DNA of 64,000 nucleotides from Rebecca billardiae RCC1528 (GCA_965240325.2 OZ251222.1:1798001-1862000); one strand, 5' to 3'. Positions 12,027 to 26,571 are shown, numbered from the stretch's first letter. The notes: generated by a model not told the origin, from the sequence alone. Numbers and translations are program-made.

Positions 12027-13974
12027 TCATGGTACGCCAGCCTGCGTGACCGGCTGAGGCGCGGCGCGGAGGTGCTTGCCAAGATACCGCTGCAGCTCGT
12101 GCGTCGCGAGGTCAGCGATAGCGACGAGCGAGACGAGGAGGATGCACACGAGCCGGAACGTCGGGCTGAACCCGCATCGCAGCGTCTCCGGGTCGAGCTG
12201 CTGAAAGTAGATGGCGCACTTTGGCGCGCGGCAGCTGTTGGCCACCGTGTCATACTGCGCATCGCCGTCGCACTCTGCGCGCTCGGCACACAGCTCTGTA
12301 TGGTCGTCCTCGTCGCGCGAAGACCACACGCCGTCCCGCTGGCGCAGCCCTACGCGGCGTAGCGAGCCCTCCATCTCGATCACCGTGAGAAACTGCGCCA
12401 GCACCTGCGCGCCGAAGACGAGCGGCTGCAGCGTCGCGTTCGGCTGCGCGTGCACGGAGCCACGTGTCGTGCCGCGCGCGCTCGAGTAACCCGCGGAGTG
12501 CACGCAGAAAGCGCGCCTGCCGTTGGTGGCGTTGGGCTTGTCCAGCAGGAGCGCCTCGAGAGGCACGTGGAGCAGCGGCCCGCCCTCGCTCAGCGCGAAG
12601 CTCAGCGCGGGCAGCTCGCCCACGCGCCGCTCCAACGCCTTGGGCAGGTAGCAGACGCGCCCCTGCGGCCGCTCGAACGCGCCGCGGACCACCTCGCACT
12701 CGCTCGGCACCCAGCGCATCAGCGGGTCGAAGAGCTCGCCAGGCAGGACGAGGCATGAGGAGCCTGTGCTGATGTTCACCGGCCAGCTCGACGAGATCGT
12801 CGTGAGCGGGCTCCCACACACCTGTGCGCGCGTGGTCGCGCGGGTGCGCGCATGGCACGGCACGGCGCGTGAGTGGCTACCGGCTGCACGCTGCGAGGCC
12901 AACGGCGCGCCGGGGATGGACGAGCGCGCCCACGCGCGTGCGCACGGCCCCGTGCGGCGCGGCACACACCCGCAGGTCGAAGGCGAGCAGCGTGGGTGGG
13001 GGCGAGGTGCTCATGTGGCACTCGTGCGTCTCGCCATCCTCGTCCGCGCTGTCGTCCGACAGCGACAAGCGCGCCAGCGACTCCGACCACAGCAGGTCTC
13101 GCGCGCCCGACCAATCCCCGCCGAGGACAAGCGAGCCGTCACCACTCGGGCTGAGGTCGAGGGCGTACACGAGCCGGCTCTTCGACGTGGCACGCAGGGC
13201 GTGTGGCCAAAGCGTGCGCGCCATCGCCGACTCGTCGCTCGTGTCCGGCCAGCCCGGCCAGAACGAGCCGCCAATCACGCCGCCGAGCCCACGCCAGAAG
13301 CGGCGGCGATCATAGAGCGAGCGCGTGGGCCAGCTCGGGCCCGACTGCAGGTACAAGCCGCACGGGTCTGCGTAGAAGGCGTGGACCGCCGATGGGAGGA
13401 CGTCGCGGCACGTGTCGCCGCCGTCTGCGTCGCACCGCAGCCGGCTCGGCGAGCAGCCGCCAGCGCACTCGAGCGCCAGAGGCTGCAGCGTGCCGGCGCC
13501 TGGCCGCACGTACCGCATGGACACGCCCAGGCCATCGCCGAGGCCGAGCGTGTACGTGCACACGTGCTCGCCGTCCGGAGGCAGCGGCTCCTCACAAGAC
13601 TGCTCGCACGTCGCCTCGCACGCGTCCGCCTTGTCCGGCGCGCAGTCGGTGCTCGCATGGCTGCCGATGCAGTCCTCGCACGCAGAGCACATCTCCGGGC
13701 TGTAGTCAAGCACCTCATCGGCCGAGCGATTCTCCCAGCGCTCAATCAGCAGCGTATACGACGCGCTCGTGTCGAAGAGCATCCGCACGTTGCGCGCGGC
13801 GAGACTGTCGCTGCTCACCTCCAGCTCGAGAGCGTACCGAATCCCGAGCGGGAACGCGGACTCCTCCTGAGCCGGCTCAGGTGTCACGCGTCTGAGTGGC
13901 AGCGTGACGTAGTCGCCCGAGGGTCGCTCGCTGGCAAGCGCGAGTAGCACCACGCCTGCGAGGCTGGGACCCAT
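12027..13974 (-). CDS. Membrane-anchored pepsin-like (A1) aspartic protease homologue, probably inactive; intron 12822-12969
   Basis: Signal peptide, MLFDTSAS in lobe 1, NISTGSSCLVLP in lobe 2, VFGAQVLAQFLTVI...RRVGL, a Cys-rich insert and a C-terminal TM helix. Confidence 0.7.
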
Positions 13975-14783
13975 GGCGAGACGCCAGCCAGCTCCGAGTG
14001 GCCCAGCGTGAACGCCACCCGCCGACGCCCGCCGGCTCTTGCTGGCGCCCTCGTTGTGGGGACCACCCGCGACCTTTGACCTCGGTCGCCTTCCCGGGAG
14101 AGGATGAACGAAACTGCGTGGCCACGGTGAGCAGCTCTCCAAACAACAAGCTCCCAGCAGAACAATGGCTGCCCCCGCCTCCGGGGAGGCGGCGGAGCAT
14201 TGACAAGTGACTCCCACCGCGCAGCCGTTGAAGCAGCTCACGACTCAAGCTGGCTGGAGATGCGGTTGGTGTCAGCCGACCCCGTGTGTTGCGCCGATCC
14301 CTAATAGTCTGAATCGCGATCGGGTTATGACGCTCATTGGTGCGCGGGAAGGCGTGATGTGTCGGACTCCCTGCTGCCGGCAGAGCCATCAGCTGGTGGC
14401 AGAGTCGGCGTCAGTCGTCAGTCGGGTGCGGCTTGGCCCAAGCAGTGCGTTGCGCTAGCCGAGGCGCGCCGAGCATGCTCAATATACACATGATACATCA
14501 GCTAGTGATTAGCCTAGACGATGCATGGCACACGCATCCGCCGTTTGACCCGTCGCCGCCGGCGGCCCGCGTCGGCGCCGTCGGCACTTCGGCTGCTTAG
14601 GAATACTCCGAATAGGAGGTGGCGGCGTCATTCTTATAAGCATTTGCAACTGTCGTCAAATGAGCCGCGCGCGGGATGCCGCGCCCGCCATGATCTAATT
14701 TGAGCAGGTCGTCGCCAGACCTCGTCTGGCGCGTCCGAGCCGGGTCCGACCGGCAGTGTCGTATGGCGGGCAGCGGCGGTGGC

Positions 14784-17726
14784 TTAGGAGCCTTCCTTCG
14801 GCATGCGCTTCTTCGGCTTCTTCGCGCCGGCGGCACGTTTTGTCTTCGGGGCGCGGGCCTGCTTCAGCACCTGGCTGCGGTCCGGGATCGGCTGGGTGCC
14901 GGTGCTGTCCCTGGCCAGCGGGAGCCCGGCCATGCGCCCGCTCATCTCGGCAACAGTCTGCTCGTACGAACACCCGCCGTCATAGACACTCAGCACCTGC
15001 GCGTGGTCGGCCGAGCTGTCGCCTCGCGGGATCGGCGGGGCGAGCCTCCGGTCAGTTCTCCACATATTTGGGCTGATCTGGCTCGTCTCGTCGAACGGGC
15101 ACAGCTGCCAGTACCGCACGCCGCCGTGCTCCGCCGCGGCGCGCGCCATCAGTGCCTGCACGGCTGTGTTGTACTCGGCAAAGTGCGCGGCCAGCTCCGC
15201 GTGACCGAGGACAGGCTCGAGCGCGGTGCCGTGCACGTGGCGCGTGGCCACGCCCACCGCGTCCGAGAGATGTGCGCCGGGGGGGAGGCGTCGAACGCAC
15301 TCCCCGATGAACAAGCTCGACTGCGCCGCGTCCATACCCGCCGTGTGCGAGCCAGCGTGCGCGCGCGGCTCCTCACGGCAGATGATCTCATTGGAGTGAA
15401 GCCGCGCGCGCCGCTGCGCCCACGGCACGCGCGCGCGCAAGGTGTGAAGGAAGAGTGCGCCCGGGGCGAGCCGCAGGAGCTCGGGGACGAACTGGGGGAA
15501 CGGGCTGTCGCTGAGCACGAGGTCCGTCTGATCCTCCGAAGCCAAGGCCTCCTTGATGGCCGCCTTGAGCGTGTCGAGCGTGCGTTCATACCACGCGCTT
15601 GCGACGCACGCGCCCTCCGAGCTGAGCGCCGTGCAGTCGCGCGCGTCGCGCCTGCCGCGTCTGAGGCGTGTCGTGTTCATCCACGTCGAGTGGTCGAACT
15701 CGTGCGTGGCGGGGGTCTCCTCGGCGCAGTGCACGCACTGGATGAGCGTCTTCCACAGTTCGGCCATCACCTTGCTCGCATGGTTCAGCTTGTGCCCCAG
15801 GGCCCCGCACGTGCTGCCCCAGTGCAGGCTCCGCACGTTTGCCGAGCACATGCCTGTCTGCAGCGCGCGTGTCCCTGTCGTGCCCTGGCCGACGCCGATC
15901 ACGGTGGCGTGCAGCTTGGGGGTGAGGTTGGGGCCGCCCTTGATGGCGCGTGTGAGCAGCCCGCGCCGGGCAGCAAGCGCGCCCGCATTCCACTGCAGTG
16001 CGTCGCCGCACGAGCTCGAGCTCTCCACGAGCACCACAGCGGGCGCCTCGCTGCCGCCCACGGGCGAGTCAGTCACGGCCCGAGAGTGGCCACGCGCGCT
16101 GTGCCCACCGGCGAGAGCAATGGGCGCGCCCGCCGCAGCCGCAGCGGGTGCCATCGGCTGCTGCGTGGCGTTGGGCGCTGGCGAAGGCGTCGCCACAGTG
16201 CACGAGGGCGCGTCCATCACCCACCTGAACAGCGGCTCGGCGCGCTCCGCCACCGCGGCCAGCTGCGCGTTGAACCAACCGCGCGTCTCGTGCGCCCGCG
16301 ACCGCGCCTTGGGTTTATCTCCGAGCAGCTCGCTCATCGCGGCGCGTGCGGCCGCAGCTGTGGGTACGCGCAGCACCGGCAGGGGGCGCGAGGCGTTCAG
16401 ACCGCGCGCGACGCGCGAGGCCACGCGCCACGCGTCGCCACATCCACGCGGCTCAGCCCCGGCAGACGAGGGCTGCTCATCCGCACCCTCGACCGAAGGC
16501 CGCGAGGAAGACTGGCTGAGCTCGCCTGTGATGAGCACGACAAGAGAGGCTGCCTCCGCGGCCGCCCACATCGCCACCTCGACTGAGTAGTCGCGCGGTG
16601 CACCGCCGTCGTCAGGCGCGCCGGCGCGCGGCTCGGACACGTCAATCACCGTGAAGCCCGCCTCCGCGATCTGGCACATGCCTGTGCCGCCCGGCGCCCC
16701 GGCGCCGACAGGCGACGCCGGGTCGCGCACGCACCCTGGAAGCCACCTCGGCAGACCTGCGGCCGGCGGGCTGCCGCGCTCGCCCTCCGCTGAAGGCGGT
16801 GGCGTGCACCCCAATGCGCCGCCGTGCGAGATGGCCGCTGCGAGCTGCCGTGCGCGGTGCGTCGCGAGCCCAGCGCGCGCGTCCGCACCGACGGCGGCGC
16901 GGGGTGCGACGGGAGCGGCTGGCTCGGCGACGGCGAACACGCAGCGGCGCTCGGCAGCCGGCACCGCGATCGCGTCGGCCGAGCTGAGCGGCGCGCCGTG
17001 CCCGGCCGGGCCGACCGGTACGGGGATGGGCGGCCGGTTGGGGTCGATGCTCGGCGGACGCGCCGGGCAGTGCCACACGCCCGAGAGCGGCTCGCCGCGT
17101 CGGCTGATGCAGCGACGAGGCTTTATGGCGGGGCGCTTTGGCTTGGACGCATCTCCCTTGCTCACTGCGGGCTTGGCCGATGCCGGCAGCTCTGCGGGCC
17201 AGCGCAGCGTGGCTTGCTGCTCGCGTGCAGTGCACGCGTCGGCCATATCGGCATGGGCGCCGATATGTGCGCTCGCTCCGTGCACAGTCACGGTGCGCGC
17301 TCGCCAGCTGCGAGGCACATCCGCCTCATGACCGCTGCCGCCCACACCCTCGTCACGCGCGAATCCCAGGTATACATCGCACCCGTCGCCCTCGCCCGGG
17401 AGCCCGAGGTGCCTGCGCTCGTCGTTTTGCGCGAGGTAAGAGACGAGGCCGGAGCCGTAGATGCTCGCCCGTGCTTGCCGCGCCAACGACCCGAGCGCGC
17501 TCTCGTCGTGCGCGCGGAAGAAGAAGTGCAGCTCAGGCGCGCTTGAGACGCACACGCGCACCGGCGTGACGGCCGCTGACGCCTTGCCCCCATCGGCCGT
17601 CGCCGCCCACAGGAGGAGCGCGACTGCCCCGCTGAATGCCGCCGGTATGCTACGTCCGCCGCCGTTGACGATTCGCGTGCCGCGGCACTCCGCACGCGGC
17701 GCGTCGCCCGGCCGGCACGTCTTCAT
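14784..17726 (-). CDS. Large protein with C-terminal P-loop sulfotransferase-like domain
   Basis: 980-codon ORF with an N-terminal hydrophobic segment. VIGVGQGTTGTRAL...SLHW and SDSPFPQFVPELLRLAPGALFLHTLR...W fit the Sulfotransfer_4-type pattern. Confidence 0.6.
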   Translation of the reverse strand: MKTCRPGDAPRAECRGTRIVNGGGRSIPAAFSGAVALLLWAATADGGKASAAVTPVRVCVSSAPELHFFFRAHDESALGSLARQARASIYGSGLVSYLAQNDERRHLGLPGEGDGCDVYLGFARDEGVGGSGHEADVPRSWRARTVTVHGASAHIGAHADMADACTAREQQATLRWPAELPASAKPAVSKGDASKPKRPAIKPRRCISRRGEPLSGVWHCPARPPSIDPNRPPIPVPVGPAGHGAPLSSADAIAVPAAERRCVFAVAEPAAPVAPRAAVGADARAGLATHRARQLAAAISHGGALGCTPPPSAEGERGSPPAAGLPRWLPGCVRDPASPVGAGAPGGTGMCQIAEAGFTVIDVSEPRAGAPDDGGAPRDYSVEVAMWAAAEAASLVVLITGELSQSSSRPSVEGADEQPSSAGAEPRGCGDAWRVASRVARGLNASRPLPVLRVPTAAAARAAMSELLGDKPKARSRAHETRGWFNAQLAAVAERAEPLFRWVMDAPSCTVATPSPAPNATQQPMAPAAAAAGAPIALAGGHSARGHSRAVTDSPVGGSEAPAVVLVESSSSCGDALQWNAGALAARRGLLTRAIKGGPNLTPKLHATVIGVGQGTTGTRALQTGMCSANVRSLHWGSTCGALGHKLNHASKVMAELWKTLIQCVHCAEETPATHEFDHSTWMNTTRLRRGRRDARDCTALSSEGACVASAWYERTLDTLKAAIKEALASEDQTDLVLSDSPFPQFVPELLRLAPGALFLHTLRARVPWAQRRARLHSNEIICREEPRAHAGSHTAGMDAAQSSLFIGECVRRLPPGAHLSDAVGVATRHVHGTALEPVLGHAELAAHFAEYNTAVQALMARAAAEHGGVRYWQLCPFDETSQISPNMWRTDRRLAPPIPRGDSSADHAQVLSVYDGGCSYEQTVAEMSGRMAGLPLARDSTGTQPIPDRSQVLKQARAPKTKRAAGAKKPKKRMPKEGS

Positions 17727-19575
17727 CGGCCATGGATGGTATTGTCCTGCGCCTTCAGCAAGCCCGGAGCGCCGCAGAAAGGGCGGGAACCGGACATGTC
17801 GTTGGTCCGCCGGCCGGCGATGGCGGTACGCGCTGCCCTCGCGTGTTCGATCGGCTTCTTCAACATCCGCGGCGCACGAACTTCTGCGGCGATGGGCCTG
17901 GCGCTCACGCGCGAGCGCGAGGCACCGAGTGCATCTACGCTTGCCGGGAACTCTGGCAGGAGCCCGAGCAGTGGCCGCGCGCTCCCTCGCGACGACGGCT
18001 CGCGTGATGGCTCAGAGGAGGAGCCGAACCTCGGCTACCAGCCACATCTGCTGCAGGTCGAGGTCGGGGTCGGAGGGCGTGGACGGCGAGAATGGCGCCT
18101 CACAGGACGTCCTCGCCCGCCAGATATGGCAGTGTGGGGAATGCGACGACAGGCAGGGCCCTGGCGCGGGCATGTACGCGCAGCTGAAGCAACGCGGAGC
18201 GCAACCAGGGCGGCAGAGGCCTCGGGCTGCACAGCTACCCCCAGCTGTTGTTCGGCTTCGAGCTGCGCAACCGCGGGCTCAAGGCGGCAGAAGAGGCGCC
18301 GCCGCTGTAGCGGCGACTCGAGGGCGCGGTGCCCGGGTTCGTGCCGAAGAAGGGCGGACAGCGTGCAGCTCTTTCGGCACGCGGTGGAGACAGTACGCGC
18401 ACCAGATACGCGCACCTGCTGCGCGGGCGGCCGCACGAGGTTGACGCGGCACCGGCCGCGCGGGTCTCCGGGTACAAGGGGCTGCACACACGGGCGGCCG
18501 CGGCCCGGGCAACACGAGGCGCGGGTGCGTCGGATGCGGCGCGCGCGTCTGCAAGCGCTTCGAGCCATTCTGGTCACACGCGCGGCAGCACCGCATGCCC
18601 CAGCCGCAGCTGCCGCCGCCGTCGGAGGAGCGAGTCGTGACTTGTGGAGTCTAATCGTTCCCGCCAAATCCCGAGCTTGCACCTGCGAGCGCGCCTGCTG
18701 CGGCACCCGCCGCCAAGGTGCCCGCTGCTGCCCACGGTGCGCCTCGCGGCCGCGGCGCGCAACGGTCTCTCAGCCTCCGCGCACGCGCCGAGGGGCAGGG
18801 CCGCCCGGCCGCGCGCGCGGCAGCAGGCAGCCCACCGCGGGGGGCGAAGCGCACGCGCCACGCGGGGAGCAACTCGCCACTGCGGCAGCTGTCACTATCA
18901 AGCCCGGAGCACCGGCGTAAGCGTCGCCAATCAGAGCCGCCGCTCGTGCTCAATCGCTTGGCAGAGGCGTCAGACGCGTCACTGAGCAAGCGGGCACGAC
19001 CCGCGCCCCGTCGTGCGTCACTGCCTGCGGCCTAGCCTCAGAGGCGGTCAGTACCGGCCGTGCGCGTGGCAAGCGTGGCCAGCGCGGCGTTAGACACGCA
19101 CATAGCCTTCTTCCCGCGTGATGCAGCCGTTGGCTAGCTTTCAGATGGCCGCCGCCAGGCTGGCAGACGAGCCTTTTCTACAATAAATTTCTACCCACAC
19201 GGCCAGCCTCGCGAGTCGCGCCGCTCGTGCGACGTCACCGGCCCGCGGGCTCCTCAGAGGGTAGCTCAACGGCGAGCCTCGCGCTCGGTCGGCATCGCCA
19301 TTCGTAGCATGCCCGCTGGTTGGGCCACCCAGAGCACTCACGTGGCTCGACGGCATGCGCCGTGTACACTATATATATACCTTAAGAACGCCCATATATG
19401 GACCGGAACCGTCACGTGACGAAACTGTAACTACCATGTAACCGCGGCGGCGTTCCGGGCTAGTCAGCTGCTGCTGCGCGCTTTTTGCCTGATCGCGCGG
19501 GCGACCACTCAATCGGTCAATCCACTCATCACTACGCGCGGAGATCGCGATGGCTCATCACAGTCGGATTATATA

Positions 19576-21959
19576 TCACCGCGCAGATGGCGGGCAGCAC
19601 TGCTCAAGCTCTGCGCGTGCGGCGTTGAGGCGTCGCAGCCTCGACTCGAGCGCGCCGCGCTTGGCGCACATCTCCTCGGGCTCGGCGAGCAGCTGCGGGA
19701 TGTGCTCGCGCATCACCTGCTCGAACAGCACCGTGTGCACGCGCGCGCGCACGCCATTCACGAGGAAGAGCATGATCGCCTTGGGCGCCGCGTCCGCGAT
19801 CGAGCGCTGCACGGTCTGAAAGTACGAGCGGAGGATGTCGCGGATCAGCGTCGGGTTCGACGTGTTCACTAGCTTTTTCACGGCATTGTTCAGCTCCTGC
19901 GCGCGCGCGCGGACGCGCGCGCGCGTCGACGTCAGCGGCACCACCCACCCAGCCAGGTCAGAGCCTGCCCCCGCACCACACTGCGCGCCGCCGCCCGTCG
20001 GGCCCGTGGCGAGCCGCGCGTGCGCGCACCTGCGCGAAGGCCGGGTCGGAGGTCGAGATGTACCCCTCCTCCATCGCCACGAGCTCGCCCAGCTTGCTCA
20101 CCGCCTCGGCGTGCGCGCGCGCGAGCAGGCTGCCGACCAGCTCCTCGCGGATGCGCGCGCGCAGCACCGGGAAGCGGCAGACGGACGGCGCGTCGCACAG
20201 CTTCTCGCACAGGTCGCGGAGCTCGGTGCGCACCTCGTCGGCGGCGTGGATGCACGGCGGGAGCAGCTTGCGGATCGGCGCCTTCGCCTCCGACTGCAGC
20301 AGCTGCTCGAGCACCTCGATCGGCGGGATCGGGAACGAGAGGTGGTTCCCCTCGCAGTCCTTGACCGCGGACGCGATGAAGTCGTCAGGGAACGTCTCCT
20401 TGGAAATGGCCTCGCACGCGTGCACCTGCTCGCGCAGAGCGACGAAGGCGTCCTTGATGCGCCGGCCGGTGCGCACGTCGGCGCGCTTCTCCATCAGCGC
20501 GCCCACGTAGTCGCGGCAGAACTCCGCGACGATCGACTGCGCCAGCGCGAGCTTGGCGCTCTCCTCGGCCGGAATCGGCGGGCTGAGCTCGACGAGCGCG
20601 CGCTGCGTGCGCGTGTGCGCCTCGGCGAGCTCGGTGAGAATGGCGGGCAGGTGGGTGTGCACCGCGTGGACGAGGAGGCGCGACATCGCGCGCGCGAGCG
20701 ACGGCACGCCCAGCCGCGCCCGCGCCGCCGGCGGCATCTGCCCGTACACCGGGTGCGTCTGAAAATACGCCGCCTCGCGCTCGAAGCCGGCCTCGACCGT
20801 CACGCCGTCGCGCGTCACCTCGGCCGTCGATCTGTTGCGCACCGCAAAGTAGCCGAGCTCGAGGCGCAGGTCGCGCGCGAAGCTGCCGTCGTCAAGCAGG
20901 TAGCGCGACACGTCCGAGCCCTGCGCGGCGGCGCGGCGCGCGGCGTGGCGCGCGGGCGCCGATCGGCGGCCGGATGTGGGCGACGGCAGCGGCCAAGGCG
21001 GCAGCGGCCGTGGGCGTGTGCGCGCCACCGCGCGCGCCGCGCGTCCGCGCGCGCGTCCGCGCGCGCGCCTGGTTCATCAGGTCGACCTTGGTGAGCACGC
21101 CGATGGTGCGCTCGCCGCGCGGGTCCACCTGCTTCACCAGCTCGATCGCCGCGTCCGCCTCGAGGTCGACGCGCGCGGGCATCACGGCGAGGATCACGGT
21201 GCGCGAGCGGCCTATGTGGGCCTGGACCAGATCTCGGATCTGCTGCTTGATGTCGCTCGGCTGGCCCTGGGCGGTGAGCGCCATCTGTGTGAGGCCGGGC
21301 AGGTCGACGAGCGACAGGTCCGGCACGTGCGGCGAGTAGATACGCAGGTGAATCGGCGTCGAGGACACGCACTTGCCCGGGCCGGCCAGGCTGACCGTGC
21401 GCGCATCGATCTCAGCCCGAATCTGCGCGATTTCGCTGGCAGTCGGGTTGGGCGCAGTGAGCGGGAAGCGGCGCTCGGTGCGCCACGAGCCAGTCTCGTA
21501 CGAGCCGAACTCGGCGCGCATCGACGGCGCGCCGCCGTCCGCCTGCGCGTGCACCAGCTGCAGGTGCAGCGGGCAGCGCGTGACCATCGACTCGCCGAGC
21601 GGAAGAAGGTCGCACGCCATGATCGCGTTGAGCAGGCTCGACTTGCCGCTGGACTGGGTGCCGACGACGACGAGCTGCGGGAGCTCGGGGAGCTTGAAGT
21701 CGTCCGAGGGGTCCTGCTGCAGCAGCGCGCCGAGCGTGCTCGCCACACGCAGCACCTCCGCCGAGCTCAGCATCGCGAGAGGCGAGCCGTCGCTCGGCCC
21801 GCGCGGCCCGCCGACGTAGTTGGCGATGGCGGAGCCCGCCGCGACGGCGACGCCCCGAAGAGCACCGCCGGATACACGTGCCAGCGCGCCGAGCCGCGAG
21901 TCTGCGGCGGCTGCCCCCGCGCCGGCATGCGGCGCAGGCGGCGCAGGCGCCGCGCTCAT
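19576..21959 (-). CDS. Dynamin-related GTPase (no PH/PRD); introns 20921-21068 (GC-AG) and 19897-20029
   Basis: GTQSSGKSS, VTRCP, DLPG and TKVD motifs, a middle domain, and GED (SYFQTVQRSIADAAPKAIMLFLVN). Confidence 0.92.
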
Positions 21960-22119
21960 GCCCGCCCTCCGTTCACTCCCGCCGGCCGCCCCCGGCCGGC
22001 AGCTGGCAAGCGAGCGGACCGGTACCTCTCTGCTGGAATCGCGGGCCGGACGCACGGCGGAGCCTCCACCGGAATTGGAGAATGCCGCCGCCAGTCGACG
22101 AATCGGGTTGTTCAAGGTC

Positions 22120-23841
22120 ATGCTGGTCATGACAATGACGATGGCGTCGGCCGGTGGCGCGTTCGTGCCTGTGCTCGCGCTCTGCTTCGCCCAGACCGGG
22201 GCGGCAGCGGAGCGGCCCCACAACTGGGCGGCAGCGGAGCGGCCCCACATCGTGTTCGTGCTCGCGGACGACCTAGGGTGGGCCAACGTCGGCTTCCATC
22301 GGCCCAGAGCCGACGGCGAGGTCCGGACGCCGACGCTGGACGCGCTCGTGAAGGATGGGATCCATCTCGAGCGCCACTACGCGCACACGTACTGCAGCCC
22401 GTCGCGCTCCGCGCTGCAGACGGGGCGGCTTCCGATCCACGTGAACGTGAACAACTACGAGCCATACATGCGCAACGACGCCGCGGACCCGGACGCAGGC
22501 TTCTCCGGGATCCCGCGCAACATGTCCACGGTCGCGAATAAGCTGCAGGCGGCCGGGTACGCCACCGCGATCGCGGGCAAGTGGGACGTGGGGATGGCGA
22601 CGGTTGGGCACGCGCCGCGCGCGCGTGGGTACGACCAGTCGCTCATCTACTTCCACCACTACAACGACTGGTACACGATGAAAGCCGGCCCGCCGTGCAA
22701 GCCGAGCAACGAGTCGCTGCAGGACCTGTGGGCGAACGACGGCCCGGCGCGCGCGCGCGTCAACCCTGCGGACGGCACCTGCGCCGGCTGGCCGTGGGCG
22801 GAGAACGCGAGCTGCGCGTACGAGGACGACGTGTTCGTGGCCGAGCTCGAGCGCGTCATCCACGCGCACGACACGCGCACGCCGCTCTTCGCGCTCTTCT
22901 CCGCGCACGCGGCGCACTCGCCGTACCAGGTGCCTGAGGCGTACGCGAAGCAATTTGCGTTCGTGGACGACGAGCGGCGCGGGCTGTACGCCGCGCTGGT
23001 CGCGCACCTCGACGCGTCCGTGCGCAGGCTGGTGCGGGCGCTGCGCGCGAAGGCGGGGATGTGGGAGCGCACGCTGCTCGTCTTTGCCAGCGACAATGGC
23101 GGACCGATCACGCAGTGGGCAAACAACTGGCCCCTGCGCGGCGGCAAGCACTCGCAGTTCGAAGGCGGCGTGCGCACCGCCGCCTTTGTCAGCGGCGGCG
23201 CAGTGCCGCCCGCCGCGCGCGGCACGCGCTCGCACGCGCTCGTCTCGATCGCCGACTGGTATGCGACGTTCTGCGCGCTGGCCGGCGTCGAGCCGGCGGA
23301 CGCGCGCGCGCACGCTGCCGGCCTCCCGCCCGTCGATGGCATCAACGTGTGGCCGGCGCTCGTCGCGCCGAGCTCGCGCGGCGGCGCGGTCGGCCGCGAG
23401 GAGGTGCCGCTCGGTGCGTGCGAGGGCTACCGGCACACCGTCTTCTGCGCGTCGGACAAGGCGGGGCGCGCGGCCGTCAACGGCCTCGTGTACCGTGACC
23501 GCCGCTCGGGCCACCTCTTCAAGCTGTTGGTCGGGGAGCACGCGCTGCCGGTGTGGACCGGGCCGCACTCGCCCAACGCGACGGACGCGCGGCTGGGCGG
23601 CTGGCTGGACTGCGGCGCGGGTGGCTGCCTCTTCGACCTGGACGCTGACCCGACGGAGCACATCGACCTTGCGGGCAGCGCAGAGCACGCGCGTCTGCGC
23701 GCACGGATGCGCGCGCGCCTCAAGGCGCACGACTCGTCGGCCTGGACACCCGACCGGGGCACGTCAGACCTCGAAGGAGCATGCGACGCGGGCGTCAACG
23801 CCTGGCTCGGCTTCTGGGGGCCGTGGGTCGGCAGCCCGTAG
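22120..23841 (+). CDS. Secreted arylsulfatase (ARSB-like, formylglycine-dependent)
   Basis: LADDLGW, CSPSRSALQTGR, GKWDVG, SDNGG, PLRGGK and FEGGVR motifs plus a signal peptide. The exact start Met is uncertain. Confidence 0.93.
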   Translation: MLVMTMTMASAGGAFVPVLALCFAQTGAAAERPHNWAAAERPHIVFVLADDLGWANVGFHRPRADGEVRTPTLDALVKDGIHLERHYAHTYCSPSRSALQTGRLPIHVNVNNYEPYMRNDAADPDAGFSGIPRNMSTVANKLQAAGYATAIAGKWDVGMATVGHAPRARGYDQSLIYFHHYNDWYTMKAGPPCKPSNESLQDLWANDGPARARVNPADGTCAGWPWAENASCAYEDDVFVAELERVIHAHDTRTPLFALFSAHAAHSPYQVPEAYAKQFAFVDDERRGLYAALVAHLDASVRRLVRALRAKAGMWERTLLVFASDNGGPITQWANNWPLRGGKHSQFEGGVRTAAFVSGGAVPPAARGTRSHALVSIADWYATFCALAGVEPADARAHAAGLPPVDGINVWPALVAPSSRGGAVGREEVPLGACEGYRHTVFCASDKAGRAAVNGLVYRDRRSGHLFKLLVGEHALPVWTGPHSPNATDARLGGWLDCGAGGCLFDLDADPTEHIDLAGSAEHARLRARMRARLKAHDSSAWTPDRGTSDLEGACDAGVNAWLGFWGPWVGSP

Positions 23842-24001
23842 TGTTCGTCGCGTTTTAGGCTGACGGACTATCTACAGCCCGCACTCTCGCCTGCTCTCGG
23901 CGGAGACTCTCGCCCTGCTACTCGGTCTCGGACTCGGCATGAGACTGAGTCCGCTGTCCGGCCGCCGTGACGACTATAGAAGTAGAGATCGAAGCCTTAG
24001 T

Positions 24002-26000
<1,999 letters not shown>

Positions 26001-26069
<69 letters not shown>
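26001..26069. repeat. (TG)n microsatellite
   Basis: About 34 TG units. Confidence 0.97.
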
Positions 26070-26075
<6 letters not shown>

Positions 26076-26571
26076 ATATTCAATATGTCTCTAAGACTAG
26101 TGTTAAGTGTCTCGGACGACACGGCGCAGAATGATACGACGCGCGCTGCGTTTTTCCACGGGCCGGTCCGCCAGACCGCGAAACAATTCACGCATTTTCA
26201 GAGCGAGTCGCGGCTCCGCCTTCCCATTGGTCGGTTGGGGGGGGATCGAAAAATGAGCGGTCGCCAAAGTGAGACATATTATCTCAATACCATCAGGCGA
26301 AAGACTGGAATCAGGAAGAAAACGAGCCAATGGTCGTCCCGGAAGGCATGATGGCTTGGCCGCAATCTCCTTAGCATCTCAGCAATCTTCGCTCCTTTTT
26401 TGTGTCCTTCTCCACATCCACGAGGCCTGGACGAGATCGCTTGCGAGCGGAAGGGCTTCGGGTCGAGACTCGAGTAGAGCGCGTCAAAGCGAAGGGGAGC
26501 CGCTGGCTCGCTGGCTCCGTGAGGTTCAAGGCAGCTAGCCGCCGACGCTGATGGCGAAGACGGCGGCTGGC

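Noticed and set aside
17736-19035. Possible gene between the sulfotransferase-like gene and dynamin
   Set aside because: There are several overlapping Arg/Ala-rich ORFs but no recognisable domain or consistent splice model, so it is left uncalled.
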